Shown here one piece after another: positions 1-12,547 of a DNA stretch of 64,000 bases. Under the pieces are notes generated by a model that ran no database searches, was not told the origin of the DNA, and saw only the letters and a list, made by a program, of their open reading frames with translations. This stretch comes from Macrostomum lignano (lineage: Eukaryota). The translations under genes and the position numbers were made by a program. Within the stretch, counting starts at the first letter, position 1. Each line of letters begins with the position of its first letter. The stretch covers positions 79,178 through 143,177 of the forward strand of contig NIVC01000903.1 of assembly GCA_002269645.1 (NCBI GenBank). The letters are read 5' to 3'.

Positions 1-1050
1 CTGGGACTGGGACTGGAGACTGGGACTGGAGACTGGGACTGAGACTGGGACTGGGGACTGGGACTGGGACTGGGACTGGGACTGGAACTGGAGACTGGGA
101 CTGGAGACTGGGACTGAGACTGGGACTGAGACTGGGGACTGGGACTGGAGACTGGAGACTGGGACTGGGACTGGGGACTGGGACTGGGGACTGAGACTGG
201 GGACTGAGACTGGGGACTGGGACTGTGACTGGGACTGGGACTGGGACTGGGACTGGGACTAGAACTGGGGACTGGGACTGGGACTGGGGACTGGGGACTG
301 GGACTGGGGACTGGGACTGGGGACTGGGGACTGGGACTGGGACTGGGACTGGGACTGGGGACTGGGGACTGGGAACTGGGGACTGGGACTGGGGACTGGG
401 ACTGGGGACTGGGGACTGGAACTAGAACTGGGGACTGGGGACTGAGACTGAGACTGGGACTGGGACTGGGGACTGGGACTGTGACTGGGACTGGGACTGG
501 GACTGGGACTGGGACTGGGACTGGGACTAGAACTGGGGACTGGGACTGGGACTGGGGACTGGGGACTGGGACTAGAACTGGGGACTGGGGACTGGGACTG
601 GGGACTGGGACTGGGGACTGGGAACTGGGACTGGGACTGGGACTGGGACTGGGGACTGGGGACTGGGAACTGGGGACTGGGAATGGGGACTGGGACTGGG
701 GACTGGGGACTGGAACTAGAACTGGGGACTGGGTACTGGGGACTGGGACTGAGACTGAGACTGGGACTGAGACTGAGACTGGGACTGGGGACTGGGACTG
801 GGGACTGGAGACTGGGACTGAGACTGGGACTGGAGACTGGGACTGAGACTGGGACTGGGGACTGGGACTGGGACTGGAACTGGAGACTGGGACTGGAGAC
901 TGGGACTGAGACTGGGACTGAGACTGGGGACTGGGACTGGAGACTGGAGACTGGGACTGGGACTGGGGACTGGGACTGGGGACTGAGACTGGGGACTGAG
1001 ACTGGGACTGAGACTGGGGACTGGGACTGGGACTGGGACTTGGAGATTGG
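1..1050. repeat. (GGGACT/GGGGACT/GAGACT)n minisatellite in an intron of the CCDC142-like gene; continues beyond the left edge
   Basis: 6-7-nt units repeated directly. The TG-rich and PS-rich ORFs here are repeat translations. A minus-strand splice donor AAG|GTGAGT lies at 1072/1071 just before the array. Confidence 0.95.
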
Positions 1051-1071
1051 GATTGAGGACTGGGGACTCAC

Positions 1072-3473
1072 CTTAGCCTCCGGCCCCCCGATGGACCGGG
1101 CTGAGTTCGATTCAACTCCCGCATCCGAGCTGCCGCCGCAGGTGACCAGCCGGCGAGCTGACGGGCGAACGGCCGCGGCGCCAGCTGGCGCTGGCTGACG
1201 CTTCAGCAGGCGGACTCCAGCTCGGAGGCAGCGCACCGGCTGCAGGGCCATCAGGCTGTCGGTGAGGTCGCGATCGCCGCAGGCGCTGTCCAGGTAGTCC
1301 AGCAGGTATTCAACATCCGCCTCCATCTGTTTGGCGCCGTAGAAATTCACGCGAAGCCGCGGCCGGCCCGCGACGATGGCGGAGCTCCAGGCTTCGGCCA
1401 GGGCGGCCAGAGGCGGGCCGAGGCCTTCAAGGCGGGCCTGGCGGCTCAGCGGAGCGACGGCTTTGACCGCCGGCTCCAGGCAGGCGGCCACCAGCGCCTG
1501 GGCGTACGGCCGCGGGCGAAGCTGCTCAACGTCGGCCGGCGCTAGCTTCCAGTCGTGGCGACCGCGGGGCAGCCCGGCCTCGGCCAGCTGGCGCCGGGCC
1601 CTGGCGCGGCACTGCTCGGCAAAGCTGGACAGCAGGCTGGCGCGTTTTTCGGCCACGGCGCCAGTCGCTTCGGCGCCGAACGCGGCCAGGCGAACGCGCA
1701 GGCGGACGTGCCGATCCGGCAGCCGGCGGAGCCTCTTGAAGGCCGTCCCGACCGAGCGGAGCTCCGCCTCGGCGAACTGCAGGTCGGTGAGCGCCAGGAA
1801 GGCGCAGACGCCGGGCTGGTCGTTGGCAGCGGCGGTGTCGGCGATGGAACCGACCGCGCGTAAGAAGACTCGGCAGGAGAGCGAGGCGGTGAGCAGCCAG
1901 TGGTTGAGGAAGGCCATGTACGGCTCCAGCTGAACGTCTGGCGGACTGCCCGACGCTTGCGGCTGCAGCTGCTGCTGCTGCTGATGTTGCCGCACGCCCC
2001 GCCGGCCGCGAACCCAGGCCTCCAATTCAGCGATGCAGAGGCCGATGGCCTTCAGGCAGGGCCGCAGGCAGTCCAGGAAGGCCTTGCCCAGGCGGGAGCA
2101 GCGCGGCCCGCTGGCCAGCAGGGTTGGCTGCGCGCTGTCCGGCCGCTGCGCCAGGCCGAGGAAGCGGGAGAAGCCGGCCTCCCACATCGCATGGCAGGCC
2201 TGCAGGTGCAGCCGGAGGGCCACGGAGTGCAGGAAGGGCAGCAGGGAGGCCGGCCGAGGCGGGAACAGGGCGTCCGTGGCGGTGAACTGCACCGTGTAGC
2301 CCAGCAGCTGCATCGCGGCCGGCTCCATCAGTCGGCAGCTGCCAAGCCTCTTGCTTGGCGAAGCTTCTATGGGCCACATCGGCTTGGCGATCCGGTAGGC
2401 AAAGCAGGCATCGGCCTCGCGCCACACCAGGTCCAGGTACCTGGCCACCACCTGGTGCCGAAGGCTCACATCTGAGTGGTCAGACCAGTGCACGCCTTTT
2501 TTACTGCCGCCGCTGGCCGCTGCTGTTACCGGGGACTCGTCCGCGCGTTGTTGCAGAATCTGCTGCTGTTGCGGCCGGGCAGCAGCTTGGTGCTCTGGGC
2601 GAGGCAGTCGAGAAAGCCGGACGCGAACTCGGTCTCCTGCTGCACGAACTCGGCCAGCGGGCTGCCCTGCCGCACCAGCCGGTCGGTGAAGCGGCTCAGG
2701 GCGCGCTCGGCCCGCTCCGACTGGTGGTGCAGGCTGGACACCTCGTCGCTGTAGTAGTCGGAGGTGCGGCGTCGACCGGGTGACCGCTTGTTGCCGCCGC
2801 CGACGCCGCCGCCACCCGGCTGCTTCTTCGCCGCCCCGTCCGCCTCGTCGGTGAACTCGCCTTCTTCTTCTTCTTCTTCTTCTTCCCTTTTGTCGCCATC
2901 CTCGTAGTCGTCGTCGTCGTCATCGTCCGGCTGGTTGTCATCGAAATGATTTCTCCGGCCGCGCTCGCCGCCGCCACCGCAGTCGATGCCGTAGAGGATT
3001 GCGCTGCAGCCGTCGGCGGTCTGACTGCGCAGGAAGCGAAGCAGGTCCCGGTTGGCGCAGTAGAAGTCGTGCAGCATCTCCGTGGGCACGGCGGACCGTT
3101 CGGCGGCCAGGCAGGCTAAGATTTTCGTCAGCGACATCGGCCGGAGGTCCTCGAGGGCGAGGCGAGGCGCCGCATATTCGGCGAACTCCGAACAGCGGCA
3201 GGCCACCCTCAGGGAGCGCTGATGAGCCTTGGCCAGCTCGAGGACACTGTTGAACTCTTCGATGCCACGCGATATCTCAAACAGGTCATCGGGTGAGTAG
3301 CGGCTCAAATCGGCGCTAGCGAGGGCGCGAAGGCCGGCGCGGACCAGATCGCGGGTGCTGGCCAAGGCGCGGGACAGCTCAAGCCCGGCGGCTGCCTGAT
3401 AGGCGGTCAGCAGGGGCCGCGCCTCCGACAGGCTGGCCTGCAGCACGCAGCTTTGCTGGGTGAACAGGCGCAC
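1072..3473 (-). CDS. CCDC142: CCDC142-like protein, large internal exon, with one apparent -1 frameshift near 2570
   Basis: Acceptor atttcag|GTG at 3474/3473 and donor AAG|GTGAGT at 1072/1071. Translation contains RPMSLTKILACLAAERS, WEAGFSRFLG, LPRGRHDWK and PYAQALVAACLEPAVKAV...AWSSAI...NFYGAKQMEAD. These match my recollection of CCDC142 motifs (RPFPTSRVLRLLTGERG, WDQGFCQALG, MPRGRYWR, EYAGLVVRTVLEPVLQGL...AWLDHI...FSLQGALQLKQD). ORFs 2526..3473 and 259..2493 are consecutive parts of the exon in different frames. Confidence 0.75.
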
Positions 3474-3867
3474 CTGAAATTGAGTTTAGTAGAAAGCTTG
3501 TTAAACATAGCTTTTTTCAAGCCAATTGAGCCTAGGAGCAAGCAATTTAATCCTATCCTAGCAAGCTTATACTGTATGCTATGGTTTTGCATTTGCTTGT
3601 TTTGATTGCTTTCTCTGAAATCAAAGTGTTAATGTCAATCGTTTTTTGATATGCCATCTACTTGCAGACGTTATTTCAGTGAAGTTATTCGTGAAGGATA
3701 TACAAGCACTGTGAAAAGGATTAACTGCGCGCCAAGATTCTCAAATTGGTTGCTCGCTCCATAGACCCCCTTTTGGGCCATAGACAATGAAAAACAAGTC
3801 TTCAATAGCTTGATTCTCCCAGTAAGGATTAAATTGCTTGCTCCTAGGCTCAATTGGCTTGGAAAAT

Positions 3868-4178
3868 GTTATATTAATAATCATAATTAATTACACCTGC
3901 CCTAATAGGCAGATATGCAACCGACAGCTCAGCCGCAGCTATTGCGCGGTGCATCTGAAGGCTGCGTACGGCTGTTCAGTCCAAGGACTGGGGGGTCGCC
4001 ACACACAGCCTCAATTACCCCAGCTAATGCTGGCACCCATTTTACAGCTGGGTGAACTGAAGCAATGCAGAGTTAAGAGTCTTGCTCAAGGACACAAATT
4101 GCTCCAGTGGGATCGGGAATCGAACCACGGAACATCAAGTCGTGAGTCCGACGCTCTGACCACTAGGCTACAACCCCC
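3868..4178 (-). mobile_element. tRNA-derived SINE with CORE-like central segment, full length
   Basis: The minus strand reads GGGGGTTG-TAGCCTAGTGG (A box)...GGTTCGATTCCC (B box), then GTGTCCTTGAGCAAGACTCTTAAC...CTTCAGTTCACCCAGCTGTAAAATGGG, which resembles the MIR/CORE domain. It ends in an (ATT)-rich tail. A second copy lies at ~12182. Confidence 0.8.
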
Positions 4179-5061
4179 TTGTTAAATCGAAGTATTTCAC
4201 TGCAATTTAGACTTTACAGGGCCAACCTTCAAAGCTCAGACAGTGTACATGCCTGATGATTAGAAAGTCAGGGCCGCTGTACACCCTGTGTGGGCGTGTG
4301 GGTGAGTGCTCCAGAGTCAGCTGAATGAGCAGAATTTCTGTCAGCGCTGGTTATGGAACGATGTCGCCGAAGGGTGCCCGCAGACCTCCTGAAAATACTA
4401 ATCTATATTATTTTAGGGTTAGGGTCTGGGGCTAAGGTGGGCAAGACTACCCCCAGCTGAACCTGTCCGCGTCATTCCACCCGAAATTTTCGTGGACTCC
4501 CTCGAATTTTTTTAGCCTATAATTGGCTAATTTTGCATCACGGATGCACTTTTAGCAAGTTGTTTACGTTTTTTCAACTGTCTTGCTTTGTATAAAATAG
4601 CTTACGCATTTTATACTTACTACTGAAAGTAGAGAAACTGTTCCTCTATTATAAAATCTTACGCATTTAGTGACAGGCAAAGAGCAGAGTGAGGCATCTG
4701 TGCCAGCAATCCTCTTCTTTGAATGACATTCAGCTCAATGCAGTCCAGCTGAAGCGTAAGATTTCATTATGGACTCTTCCGGTTGTAAAAATAGCCATCC
4801 CGTACAGCAACTAAGGCAACGTAGATGAGATAAAATCTTGGCACGAAGCCAAGTACAAAAATTGCCTACACGAGCAATTTTTATGGATGCAGAGTGAACT
4901 ATCTAAAATTCTTCATAGAGCAGATTCACGCGATCCGAAATACAAAGTTGCTAGGCTCTCAAGAGTCAGTTGAATCGCATTGACGCATTTTTAGAAACTT
5001 GGTTTTTTTTACAAGAACTAATCTGTCTGGCAAAACTGTTAGATGCACGAAAAGCTCTCAC

Positions 5062-5892
5062 CTGCTGCAGCTGGCTCAGGCTCGCCCGCAGCCGCTCGCA
5101 CAGCCCGTAGACGCACTCGATGCTGGAGCTGATCCGCCTGCCGCCGCTGCTGGCGCCGACGCTGCCGACTGAGCGGCGTCGCCGGAGCAGCCGCTCCTCT
5201 TGGCGACGGACGCGATCGATCTGCTCAGCCAGCAGCGTCAGGTCGCGCATTCTGGCCGCAATTTTGCGTCGCAGCTCCAGCAGCAGCAGGCGGCTCTCCA
5301 GCCTGCGTAGGCGCTGCAGCCGAGTCTGCAGTCTCGGCAGGACGGCCGAGTGCGCCAGGCAGGCGGTGCGCACCCCGCCGCAGTGGATGATGACTCCGTG
5401 GGCTGGCAGGCGGCCGAACTTCCCGGATGCTTCGCGCATCGCCGCGCGCAAGTCGTCCAGATCGACTCGGACGGCCGCTGCCGAGACCGGGCGCGGACTT
5501 GGCGACGGCGGTGGCGGCTGCTGCGGCTGGTCCGCGGCGCCGGGCAGCGAAGCCGGCGGACCCCCTGAGGCTGATGAAGCTGACGACGCAAATGTTGGAG
5601 CGACAACCGCCAGCAGTCGCGGCGAGTCGGTGGTCGTGGCGGCGTCCTGACGCGGCTGGTGCCGTCTGGCTACACCGCGCGGCGTCGACGGCAGTTCAAT
5701 CAGAACGGCTTCGCGCTCCTCCTTCGATTGTCGGCGGTCTTCAAGCTGGAGCTCCTCGTCGTCGGCGCAGTCATCAAAGCTCGACGCGCCAGCTGATTTG
5801 GACGCCGACAATCGACGGTTCCGTCTACGGCGAGGCGCCGGCAAAATGGCCGCCTTTTCATCGATTGGCAGGGCTCGGACTGCAGTTTCCAT
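5062..5892 (-). CDS. CCDC142: CCDC142-like protein, 5' coding exon (low-complexity N-terminus plus coiled coil)
   Basis: Part of ORF 4966..6012. First ATG at 5892; phase-0 donor CAG|GTGAGA at 5062/5061 joins in frame to the exon starting at 3473 (SLSQLQQ|VRLFTQQ). The true start is uncertain. Confidence 0.65.
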
Positions 5893-8800
5893 GACAACCG
5901 GTGGGTTGGAGGGCGCTGTAGTAGAGGGAGAACTCCGGTTGGCTGCAGCAGAAGTGCCGGAGCAGCAAACAAAGGATTGAGGATGGGGTGGTTCGTAATT
6001 AACAAGGTCCACTTAGCGACTGGTTTGAGGCAGGAAGACAGCCCAAATAGGGGAGGTCTCTTTTTTGTCGGCTCTGATTGCACTTACCCCTCCATCCCGC
6101 TCCGCTATGCGCACAATTATGTGACTGGCACAATGGAGTGAGAACAGAAAAGGAGGCCTGAGCAGCGAAAGTGGAACAATTATAATCCCCGTTCCCTTCA
6201 GCAGCGCTGCAGTCTCCGGAGCAGCAGGGGATTGTGGATAATTAGGAACCGGGAAAGAGACAAAACTGTACTCGGGGTATGAAAAATATGAACATGGGAA
6301 AAGTGCAAGTTGAGACTGAGGCATGCTCAAGCCTTGAAGTTGGGCAACAGTGATGACTGTACAATTGAGAAGACAAAGACATACTTTAATATGATCCTGC
6401 TTAGCACTACAAGCTATTAAAATTGTGCAAATCTTTAGGCAGCTTTGATTTGATACAGTTGCATAGCAATTTTATTTTGCTTATTAGAGGAATTTACTGA
6501 AACAAACAAAACATATCAGGTTATGTTAAGTCACGCGAATAATAAACTATCTAACTGTTCGAATTATTGCAGCAGTGGTATTTTTAACAAAAATTACTTG
6601 GTTTAAATTGCATTACACAAATTCTAATTTCTAAATCAACTCAAATAAATATATTTTTTAAGGCAACCAACTTATATTGTCATATAATACAGCTAAATTC
6701 CATGATAAAATTTTAACAAAAGAGCTGTAACCATATTGACATTAATTCATAATTTGCATATCATATCAGATTTGTATAGAAGAAAAATGGCAAAAAATGG
6801 AGAAAAATATAACCATCTGTATTTCACTCAACTAAGCAGCTTATTACTTCAAAAATTTCAATGAATTAATAAATTGACTTGTTGTTTCTGTCCTTATGAA
6901 TGACGAAAATATAGATACTAAAACAATTAGTTGATTATATGTTTAGTTATTCAATAATTCAAACATTCTAGGCATATCCAAGGGGCATTGAATATTTTTG
7001 AGAGGCTTGGGCACGAAAATTCAGGGGCCTGCCCGCCCTTGCCAGTGCAATATTTCTCTCAACAACAAACCGCCACCTCACCAAGAAATTCTGGGTGTGC
7101 CACTGTAGCTTGTAAATATTCTTATGCTAAATGGAACAATAAAAAAACAATTAAAAATCAACTAAAAACAACCAGAGACAAGTAAATACTACATTCTTGC
7201 ATACAACAATAAAACCTTTTCTTAAAGATTATATAGTAATTACACAGAAAAAGTTTCAGCTGACATAACCATTCACTATTTCACTTATAAAAAGCTATTC
7301 CACTTATTTTCAATAACAAAGAAATGACTAAAATCCCATGGGCAAGGTTTATCATTATCACTATCATCATTATTAGCTTTTGATACTAAAATGATCTGAA
7401 TATTATTGATACATACTCAAAGTGATTTATTTGACTGTGAAATACTGAAGATACACTAATGTCTTATAAATAAGTCTATCGTTTGACTTCATTCAGAAAT
7501 TGAATATCAGCATTTAGTAGCTCAGGTTGCACTCATTGAACTTCAGTACAAAATTATGAATCGTTTCGAATATTTAACTGCTTTGCTAGGCACTAACTTC
7601 ACTGAACTAAAATGTCTACAAACAAAAGAGAACTAACACTAAGAAAACGTTACATATATAAGATAAAAAATGATTACAGCCCAGATTAAATTAAAGAACT
7701 CATAAGTAACAAGACTAAACATTGTTTCTAGACTAAATAATATACTTACAACTGCTTTGTTAACAGAAATACTTTACTAAAATATACTTAATGTTTTTTA
7801 CTTAATAATAGCATAAATTTTACGAAACACTTTGTTAAGCTATATTAAGATTTTGTAAATAAATATCGCGTAAGTTTAACTTTGACGAAAAAAGTAAAAT
7901 TTATGTAATGTAATAGTAAATAAATACCAAACGCTAAAATTTACAATTTTACATTACATCAAATTTGACATATCATAAACGTCGAGATTGAGTTGAGATG
8001 AAATGTTTTATGTATTTATGTGATTGATTTTTCGTTGTTGTTAGTATTATTATATTTTTATTGATTTTTATTGAGTTTTTATTCTCTTTCGGAATTTAGA
8101 TAGCCCTACTACTCCTATACTGCTTCATTTATAGTATGTTTTTACTGCTATAATGCATTTACTGTGGGTGGTGGTTAATACAGGAGTTGATCATATAATT
8201 CATCATTGTAAGATAATATACATTGCCAACATAACAACTAAAAAGTAAAATGTTTAATTTAACAAATTTTAATTGGCCCTAATTTAAAAACATTATAAGA
8301 AGTTTGTGATAAAGTTTTTTATTAGGTACTAAACTTTCTATATGGCCTATTGGTTATTTTTATAAATATAGAAAACTTTTTATACAATAAATATTATTTG
8401 GGCCAAATATAGCTGGCTGGCCCTAAATATTAAAAAAACTACAATGAAATTTTCTTGCTAAGCAATTGTCAAATTAGGTCATATTTTAGATCTAACCAAG
8501 AAAATAAAATAATAGAACTTATTTAACTAATCCCAGGAGTATTAGTGTGACAATGTTTTGCTATAATATTTTTAGTTTCTATCTATTTTTAGTGTACTAA
8601 ATTGATTTTTTGTATTTAATATGGGGTTAGGAGGAAAGCCTTTTTACGTTTAGTTCTAGGAAAAATTCTGTCTAATATTTTATTTACTGTTCTATTATTT
8701 TGGTTACCACTTTTTTGCAGTAGGTTTAGAGGTTTTAGTAGGTCAGATTTTGATGCAGTTTTGAGTGCGGGAGTTTCATGTTTTTGGTGTAGGCTCTTCC

Positions 8801-9233
8801 TCTCTCTCTTTGCGCTCATTGTGCCTCATTGCTGTGTTCCAGTGATACCAGTAACTAGACAAGGCTATTTCCCCTATAGCCATAGGCTATAGAGCAAACC
8901 CAAACCGAATTAAACATTAGATTATATTTAATATACTGGAATTAGTAACTCAACTATTACCAAGACTGTGCCCTAATAACTTTAATATAAGTTATATTAT
9001 TTGTCAAGTACTACAATCAAATAAATAACCTGGAGTAATTACTAAATTTAATAGTTAAATTAAGTTACAATTATTTTCTTTTCTTATTTGAACTGCACTG
9101 AGTGCTCCACTACATTAGATACAATAACTTATTGTATAAATTTTTATCTAGATAGACGTAGCTAGCAAAAAATGTCTATAAATCCATTAAAGCAATTATC
9201 TCTATGGCTAGCTCTATTGTCTTGATCCCCAAT

Positions 9234-9589
9234 CAGTGGCGGCGCAGGGGGGGGGCAGAGAGGGCAGCTGCCCCTAAGTGACCACAGGTCATTGCCTCAA
9301 GCGAGATGACTGACCTACCATCCCCATGGCCCTCAAAAAGACCCTAAGAAGGGAGGGCAGATGGTCATCCCCTGTTATGCAACTTGCATCAATAATTAAA
9401 AATGCATTTTTATAAGAAATTTTGTGTTGTACATTAATTTTGTAAGAATTATGTTATAGTTTCTTTGTAATTTTTTACTTTCTTAGAAGGGGGGTGACCA
9501 CCTAAGGGGAAAGGGGGTGACCACCTAAGGGGAAGGGGGGTGACCACCTAACTACTGCCCCCCTAACCAGAGATACTGCGCTGCCACTG
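9234..9589. mobile_element. hAT-type MITE (356 bp)
   Basis: TIRs CAGTGGCGGCGCAG / CTGCGCTGCCACTG (13/14 match) flanked by an exact 8-bp duplication TCCCCAAT (9226-9233, 9590-9597). GC-rich insert in AT-rich DNA with three internal ~23-bp repeats (GGGGGTGACCACCTAA). Confidence 0.9.
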
Positions 9590-11086
9590 TCCCCAATGTC
9601 CCCATTCCAGAATTTTATTGTCTAGCTAATAAAAATTGAAGTTTTATAACCCTATAACCTTATAAGCCCTTATTTCTATTTTATATAGGAATAGAGAGAA
9701 ACAAGCATATATTTTTTCTAATTTAAGGGCCTCTAACCCAATATGTCTATCTTTCTCTTTACTTTGTAGTAGGAGTTATATGTTGAGTCTTACTTTTCAT
9801 ATAGCATGAAGGCAATTATTTTTTCATATTATCCTATCATTTTTTTGCTTTCCTCTACTCTCTTTTATATCCATACAAGCTACTTTTTATTATTATTCAA
9901 GTTGTAAAATATAACTTGTTGTATAATAAGTTGTCTTGCATTTAGAATCAAATTCATACCAAATATTCAATTGATTTGATTTACCTTACATCTAGTACAA
10001 AACATGAAAACTTTATATATTTGCCAAACCATATAAAGCAATAGTTATGATTTTTATTTGTCAAACATTAATGAAAACAACTGATATAAGTTATATAGTA
10101 AAATGCAGTTTGTATATATTTGTATAATGTTATAACCAATTTAATGTTATCTATATATTGATATATATACAATATCCAGCTAAGCTAGCCAATCCTATCA
10201 GCTAGCAAGGAGTCCAGCCAATGTAAGTTGCAAAAATGTCCACCCAAAAATATAGAAGACTAATTAGATTATAAGATATTTAGCTGTATTAATCAGTTAT
10301 ATAGTTACTTTGTCATTTACCCAAAATTACCTTACTTTTGCTTAGGTTTTTTCATAGTTAAGCTGCTTTGTTGATCAAAAAGTAAGTCACATGGCTGGTA
10401 TAAATCAGGGAGGTTGTGTATCTATATATCTATGTCATAAACAGTCTTTCTTATTTAGAATAGTAGGTAATATCATATTTTACATTTCAAACACAATTTT
10501 ATAATTAAATTGAATATATTCCTCTCATTGTTATTATAAATCATTTTAGTTTGCTTACCCATTTATAAGAAATATATTAATATTATTTTTTAACCATACA
10601 GTATCCTTGTTGGTAAATTCTGTGTATCTTGTTTCATATTGTTTATAGTGCTATTGGAGCTTCCTGTTGCATGCAAGTTAAAATATTTGTTTGTTTACTT
10701 TAGGTGAACTGACCCAAAAGCTGTGTGCAGCTTTAGTAATTATCTGATGTCTCTCCTTTCAGCACTGGTGGTTATTAGTCATGAACAGGTGACCACCACC
10801 TGTCAATTAAGCTTAAAATAGATTGAAAATGCAGACCAGTGCAACAGCTGTCACAGAGTTCCAACTGCCAGCAAGCTCAGCCAGCCTTTCTGTAAATGCT
10901 GTTACTGTGGATGAAGTGCAGTGAGTTTGCAGACAGATGCTGACTGCGATTGCTATGCTGTGTGAATCTCTAACCAACTTCTGTGTATCAGCTGTGTTAA
11001 TAAACATTATTTTTTAACTGCAATTCAAGCAGTTCACAAACTCATTCAATAACTTGTTTGCATTGTGGCTACTTACTAGGCATTCT

Positions 11087-11430
11087 GACTACTTAATATG
11101 CATTCTGAATACTCAATAAGCATTCTGAATGCTCAATATGCATTCTGTATACTCAATATGCATTCTGTATACTCAACAAGCATTCTGTATACTCAATATG
11201 CATTCTGTATACTCAACAAGCATTCTGTATACTCAATATGCATTCTGTATACTCAACAAGCATTTTGACTGCTCAACAAGCATTCTGACTGCTCAACAAG
11301 CATTCTGACTGCTCAACAAGCATTCTGACTGCTCAACAAGCATTCTGACTGCTCAACAAGCATTCTGACTGCTCAACAAGCATTCTGACTGCTCAACAAG
11401 CATTCTGACTGCTCAACAAGCATTTTGACT
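11087..11430. repeat. 20-bp minisatellite (GCATTCTGACTGCTCAACAA and variants)
   Basis: About 17 direct copies visible. Confidence 0.9.
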
Positions 11431-11801
11431 GCTCTATAAGCATTCTATTTTATCTGGTCATCTAAGGCCCGAATTCATCTGGTCTTAGATGAGGTTGTAG
11501 CGTCCGTATTGAAATTTTAAGTTGATAGTTTTAATATATGTTATATGTAAATTTTATCAAGATTATACTAAAAACACACGTGTTTTAATTAGCACACTGA
11601 CAGCGCAGTCTCTCTCCGCGCATGCACACCCCAATACACCGCCTGTGCATTAGTGGCGCGATTTTATTCAACTGATAAACAAAATTTTAACCAGAGTAAG
11701 TCCAATGCCTAAAAGGGCAGCAGAAAAAGCAAGCCTAAAACTGAAATTTGCTGCTAATTTCTTTTGCTTGCAGCGCCCCTAGTAGCAACAGTGCGACCGG
11801 C

Positions 11802-12011
11802 ATGGAGGCCACAGCCGCCTCTGTTGACTCTGGTCGGCACAGCAAGATCGGCACCCTACGCCGAGCCTTCTGTCTACTGGTTCTGTTCGACCTGATTTTC
11901 ACCTGCATATTGTGGATATTCTACACCAAGTATCTTGGCTTAGACTTGGGCAAAGCTATTCGCGACCAGGTGTTGCACTATCAGTTTACATCGTCAGTCT
12001 TTGATTTAGTG
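11802..12011 (+). CDS. STARD3: STARD3/MLN64 coding exon 1 (MENTAL domain start)
   Basis: MEATAASVDSGRHSKIGTLRRAFCLLVLFDLIFTCILWI...QVLHYQFTSSVFDLV resembles the MENTAL motif SDVRRTFCLFVTFDLLF...YNFKTSFFDI. Donor GTG|GTAAGC at 12011/12012. Confidence 0.9.
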
Positions 12012-12181
12012 GTAAGCGCAACTATTTACAGTGTGCTGCTTAATAATGAATATTGGACTGATAAGTTCAAGCTGTAGGCTCAGCAGTGTCAACCATTTCT
12101 TTCCATGCAGAATTGCCCATCTTTGCCTTCTTCGACTGTCTGTCTGTCTGTTTTAGAAAAAGAATTCCCACTGTCGATTCC

Positions 12182-12372
12182 TCATTGCAACGCTTCAGTT
12201 CACCCAGCTGTAAAATTGAGGGTGTGTGTGGCGACCCCCCCCCCCCAGTCCTTGGACTGAACAGCCGTACGCAGCCTTTACGCTCGGTAGATGCGCCGCG
12301 CAATAGCTGCGGCTGAGCTGTCGGTTGCACATCGGGCCATTGGGACATGGGTAATCAGGTATTATTATTATC
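12182..12372 (+). mobile_element. 5'-truncated copy of the same SINE, in STARD3 intron 1
   Basis: CTTCAGTTCACCCAGCTGTAAAAT...GTGTGTGGCGACCCCCC...CAGTCCTTGGACTGAACAGCCGTACGCAGCCTT...GCGCAATAGCTGCGGCTGAGCTGTCGGTTGCA matches the reverse complement of 3910-4065, followed by a TATTATTATTAT tail. Confidence 0.85.
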
Positions 12373-12547
12373 ATTGGCTAGTTTTGATCAATAATTATAT
12401 TGACGAATCGTCAACACATCAAAAACAATATTCTTCAGACAAAAGTTCAGACATCTTTTTTTGGAAATGTCTGCTTTTTGCATTGCGTCCATCTAAGAGA
12501 ATTGAAATTGTATAAAAATTGTGATTTTACTTGTAAAATCTTAATGA

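Noticed and set aside
259-1071. PS/SQ-rich C-terminal extension of ORF 259..2493
   Set aside because: It is read-through into the intronic GGGACT repeat beyond a canonical AAG|GTGAGT donor.
4241-4290. Hairpin containing CTGATGA...GAAA (hammerhead- or SECIS-like)
   Set aside because: Only 3 nt lie between CUGAUGA and GAAA (no stem II), and there is no SECIS quartet geometry.
4413-4425. TTAGGGTTAGGG as an interstitial telomere
   Set aside because: Only two units; expected by chance.
6969-7105. Possible second hAT MITE (GGCATATCCA...TGGGTGTGCCACTG)
   Set aside because: TIRs match only ~8/10 and no TSD is visible; at best an old relic.
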